Positions 10,501 to 14,582 of a stretch of DNA of 14,582 bases are shown piece after piece. The DNA lies in the NCBI GenBank assembly GCA_964035545.1, contig CAXIUT010000172.1, positions 1-14,582 of the forward strand, written 5' to 3'. The position numbers and the translations under genes were made by a program. The notes under the pieces were generated by a model. That model ran no database searches. It saw nothing but the letters and a program-made list of their open reading frames with translations, and had not been told where the DNA came from. The stretch is from Bugula neritina (taxonomy: Eukaryota > Animalia > Bryozoa). The first letter of the stretch is position 1. Each line of letters opens with the position of its first letter.

Positions 10501-11396
10501 ATGGCTAATGTCCAAGGCTTTAGAAATTTGAATGACCAGAACAATAATAACAGAGGTCAAGGAAACGACGGAAACTATTAAAATTTGAACGCAGTCGAAG
10601 ATATTCCTTTTATGAATCCAATGAAGGGAGATCAACGTCCTCCCATGGATTAAACCATCCCCTATACTCTTAAAATAATATGCTGCCCTGACTTTAAAAT
10701 ATGTTCTAGTACTCTTATCTTTTTAGTAGCCATCTGGGTTTTGTATATAATTTGTCTTGTTAATGGAGTTTAAACCAAAAATCAATAAGTTTTAGCTGTA
10801 TCTTAACTTGTTTTGATAGATTTTGGAGCTGCTCTTGGCATTTTGATCAAAGAAGGACAAATCTATAGATTAATCACTGCAACCTTTCTCCATGTCAATC
10901 TCTTACACATCTTAATGAATTCCATTAGTTTGCTCATCTTTCTCACTAGATTCTAAAAAATATATCCCATTCATACTCCTTTCATCCTCCTGGTCTCCAC
11001 TATTACTGGTATCTTCTTACCTATTTAGGCTTTATGCTGAGTGTTGTCTGCAATAGAACTAATACCTCTGTTGGAGCATCTACAGCCATTTTTGGAATTC
11101 TTGGAGGATTTATTGCCTATTTGATTATTAACTGGGTCGCTCTTGAAAGATTTGGTCATGTGAGGTCGACTTTGACTTGCATCATTGGAATAATAGTTGT
11201 TTTTTCATTACTTTTTTCAATAGGTTAGGCCATCGATGGAATAGCTCATATTGGAGGGCTAGTAGGAGGTTTGTTGATGTCTTTAGCCATATTACCTGGC
11301 ATTCAAAACAAGAGTAAAATAATAACAACAATTGGAATTGGAGCGATCGCGGTGATGAACTTAGTAACTTTTTTGGTGTTCTTTTTGACTGATTGA
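10501..11396 (+). CDS. Rhomboid intramembrane serine protease (291 aa)
   Basis: GQIYRLITATFLHVNLLHILMN, catalytic SVGASTAIFG and AHIGGLVGG, multiple transmembrane helices. 20-nt intron at 11009-11028. Confidence 0.93.
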
Positions 11397-11431
11397 CTTT
11401 GAAATGATAATCATAAAATATTATTTAACAA

Positions 11432-11911
11432 ATGCTGAAGTATTGTACTAGATTCTTCTACTCAAACGTGAAGTCATACACTAACCTAGAAGAATTAAAT
11501 ACTTATCTTTTAAAGAATAAATTCGCACACTCTCTCGTATATTTCAGAGCTAGCTGGAATCCTCTATGCTAAATAGCAGACCAACAACTGAATACCCTTG
11601 CCTCACAGAATAGATTTTTGGAAGTCATTAAAGTAGATAGCGATATTTCACCCAAAATAGCTAGGCATTATGCTGTAAAGAACTAACCTGAATTTGTTTT
11701 TTGTTTATATGGAGATGAAGTGATCAGACAAATCGGGCCCAACGAGGAAGGACTTCATTAAAAATTGAACAGAATGGTGAAATTGGGACAGGAGACAGAT
11801 ACAGACTATTTACTTTAAGGACAGAGATGGTCTCCTTACGGCACTCGTTTTGAAAGGTACTATATGTAGGTGCTAAAACCCTTATATGAAGCAAATGTAA
11901 GTGATATATGA
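11432..11911 (+). CDS. Atypical thioredoxin-fold protein (WNPLC), probably mitochondrial (159 aa)
   Basis: LVYFRASWNPLCE...VIKVDSDISPKIARHYAVKNEPEFVF...GDEV..IGPN is a thioredoxin fold lacking the first Cys. The N-terminus MLKYCTRFFYS resembles a mitochondrial presequence. Intronless. Confidence 0.85.
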
Positions 11912-11995
11912 GATCAATAGATATCATCAACTTATAAAGCTGTTATAGTTTTGATGTTAGATCTTTGAATAGTATATTTAATTGAATGATAATCA

Positions 11996-12497
11996 TCAGA
12001 AATCTTAATGGTCTAAGATCCGGTTACATTCTTTGAGTACTTCATTACGTTTGATTCCCAAATGGAAATCTTATCCCAAATTACACATATCGAACAATTT
12101 CTTGTTATGTTTTTGAAGCAACCTAAATCATTTTATAGCTACATAGGACTAACAAAAGTGTAGCTGAGGGGGATAGTTGCAAGAGGCCACCACACCATAG
12201 CTTTATTAACGTATATTCTCCAAGATAGAAGGATATTAGCTATCATGCATGAGTATCCTACTCCCTTGAGGACGATGTCATAGTTATACTAACTGGATAA
12301 TGAGTCGAATACCGTTTAGCTAGATATGCCCAATCTCTTTATTCTTGAGTTTTATAGAGATGAGTGTCGAAATTGATTATGTATTGGTTAAGAAAATTTT
12401 TTCTAAGCTAACTAGCTTGGAGTTAATCTGGACTATAACCTCTTTTAAACTACCAATCCTATTTCTCTCTGATGTAGCGTCTGATTTGGGCCGACAT
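11996..12497 (-). CDS. Small two-TM membrane protein, possible ciliate-specific mitochondrial respiratory complex subunit (153 aa)
   Basis: MSAQIRRYIREKEDWEFKRGYSPDEL...ERDWAYLAKREYNYD, two hydrophobic segments, then KHNKKLFDMCNLGEDFHLGIKRNEVLKECNRILDHEDF. 20-nt introns at 12293-12312 and 12123-12142. The gene model is solid, but the functional call is only a recollected resemblance. Confidence 0.7.
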
Positions 12498-12633
12498 CTG
12501 TCAGATATTCAATGTAATAAATATATCAAATTGAAGTTAATAATCAACAAACTATCATCATAACATAAACCTTTAAAATCAAATCAACTCAAATGAAATC
12601 ATATTAAATAGTTCTAATTCTAAATAATAAAAA

Positions 12634-14388
12634 TCAGATAGAGGGATGAATTCTTGATTTTCTGATATTTTATTTATACTAAACGTGTTCTTTATCTAAT
12701 TTTTTTTATGATTCTATTTATATAAACTATTAATTAGTTTTATGATAATATAAAACTTTAAATTTATCTCCTTTTAGTTATTTATTCCAACTATAAAGAT
12801 TATTCACTAAATCTGTCGTTATCAATCTCGATATCCTCCCACTCCCATTCTTTAGTCTAGATTTATGAAATCCTATCACCTTATTCTTTGAATATTATTA
12901 TAAAATAATTGGAGAACCAGCCATACCGAATTTAGTATCCAATTGATGAGATATCATCTTTTTGTCTTTTTAGATCTTTAGACCTGATTTCTAACTTTAT
13001 ATCTTTACTCTGTTTAGAGCCCTACCCACTTAATCATAAGCAGGACAACCGAATAGTCGATATGATTAGTTCTATTAATCGAAATTAACCAAAAGTTCAA
13101 GATATATATCAAGTTCTATAGATTATTTAAGTTTTAAAAGACAATAGTCGTCATTTATATCTTATAACATAGTTAGTCCTTTTTTAATCAAGGTATCTTT
13201 AGATTAATCAATTATTATTTTAGATTATGAGTTGTATTAAAAAGAATCAACTAAATATCCTTTTTATTTGTTTGAAAAAGAAGGATAAAAAGTTATTCTT
13301 ATCTTATCGTTTTTATTATTGAAATGCTAGTATTTAGGATTATATATGCTACTGAAACAAGTTAAAATAAGATTACTAGATATTAAAAAGGCTGTACTAA
13401 TATTTTTCATATCTTAACTTCCTTAATATTAAGTAACTATCTGACCTATGCAGTTACATGGTTTCTTATTATATTTATTTTATTCTACTATCTTTAATGG
13501 TATTTCTTCTTAGATTTTTGATGATGAAGCTATTTTACGTGCATGGAGGACACTTCTTTCTTTTAAATACTATTTAGTTTGAATTGAACTTTAACTACAT
13601 TTGGTCATAACTTTTTCCCACAATTTAAAGTTGTTTATCATATTTTTATGTATCAACACAGCTCCATTGCAATAGTTATTAAATTTTCTATAAACTGCAG
13701 CTTTATGAAAACCAATAACCTATCCAGTATTGATTTGAATAGGGCTGCCACTGTGTCCTGGACTTGATGGAAGAGAATGTTTAATAATCATAAATTTAGA
13801 ATCAATTTTTTGTATTGAAGTTTATTCTTAACCTTAAAAACCTGTTTGTTCAGCAATATATTTTTATTATTTTCTTTTGAATTTAGGATAGCCATAAATC
13901 TTCATAGATTCTTGATCATTGTTAAATTGGCTTGTAAGAGTAAAATATTTATCTAGTTTGATAGGCTATTCAAGTAGAAGTAGAGCATAGTCTAGTTGTA
14001 TTGCATGTCTTTTTTGAGATTTATCTGATGCGATTGACTGATATTAATCAGGTATTTTATAGTCTTTTATTTTTATTTTTTTGATTGAGGTTTAATGGGG
14101 AGCAAGGCTAAAGTTAATTTCTTTGTAAAAGCACTTTTATTTTTTGTTGAAAATATTATGAGCAACTGTAGCTACAAGTCGAGAAGTAATCATGAATCCT
14201 GTGCCAATAGAAGTTTATTCTCCTGTCATAGGATGTTTAACAAAGATAGACCCTATTGCATTATGTGGGAATTATTTTAATTTTTAAGGAGGAACAATTT
14301 TTTATGGCTAATCTGTTCCTCCTTGATCTTCAAATTCTGATGAATCTTAACTGTTGATGGTATATTATTCATCTGAATAATCCTCCAT
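12634..14388 (-). CDS. Tandem trypsin-like (V8/glutamyl endopeptidase-type) peptidase: active domain plus pseudo-protease domain (584 aa)
   Basis: Domain 1: FPHNAIG, GTGFMI..LVATVAHN, DYALL, IYGYP, PGHSGSP, VIGFH. Domain 2: PCNCIG, STAFLI..LILTCFSS, DDYCLL, LFGCP, FGMAGSP, VIGFH. Intronless 1755-nt frame. Confidence 0.88.
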
Positions 14389-14465
14389 TTAAGAGCTGTA
14401 ATAATAAGTATTAATTATCTATATGCTATTTAATCTTGTTTTTTTATCTTTAAAATGATATCAAA

Positions 14466-14582
14466 GGGGTTGGGGTTGGGGTTGGGGTTGGGGTTGGGGT
14501 TGGGGTTGGGGTTGGGGTTGGGGGTTGGGGTTGGGTGGGGGTTGGGGTTGGGGTTGGGGTTGGGGTTGGGGTTGGGGTTGGG
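14466..14582 (+). repeat. Right telomere, (TTGGGG)n
   Basis: Tandem GGGGTT repeats to the end of the sequence, with two imperfect units near 14520-14540. Complementary orientation to the left telomere, so the molecule is complete. Confidence 0.98.

Noticed and set aside
14286-14324. 11-bp inverted repeat aaggaggaaca...tgttcctcctt
   Set aside because: A single stem inside coding sequence with no counterpart at the other chromosome end. There is no evidence for function.
353-14388. Pseudogene interpretation of the many in-frame TAA/TAG codons and frameshifts
   Set aside because: Fully explained by UAR=Glu and 20-nt introns, and catalytic motifs are intact.
14518-14542. Variant telomere units (G5 run and GGGT)
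   Set aside because: Most simply homopolymer sequencing errors or telomerase slippage in a consensus sequence.
1-14582. tRNA, rRNA, CRISPR or transposon
   Set aside because: No cloverleaf, rRNA-like, repeat-spacer or transposase signal was recognised by eye.

Overview
This window is a complete telomere-to-telomere ciliate macronuclear minichromosome: (C4A2)n at 1-75 and (T2G4)n at 14466-14582. It is not read in the standard code. TAA and TAG both fall at conserved glutamate positions and TGA is the only stop, which matches the peritrich nuclear code (table 30). The supplied ORF track is therefore fragmented and partly spurious. Translating by hand with UAR=Glu gives 15 tightly packed genes: RanBP2-type zinc finger protein, GNWxEER microtubule inner protein, Dbf4-type zinc finger protein, RPL32, V-ATPase subunit e, B-box/coiled-coil protein, cytochrome b5-fused fatty acid 2-hydroxylase, divergent CK2-alpha-like kinase, a hypothetical protein, FkbM methyltransferase, PB1-ZZ protein, rhomboid protease, atypical thioredoxin, a small membrane protein, and a tandem active/dead V8-like protease. 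The most striking signal is the introns. Of 16 inferred GT-AG introns, 15 are exactly 20 nt and one is 21 nt. All start GTA (9 start GTACT) and all have A at position 15, suggesting ruler-like splicing with a fixed branch point. Gene models come from manual translation and motif recognition only, with no database or RNA-seq confirmation.
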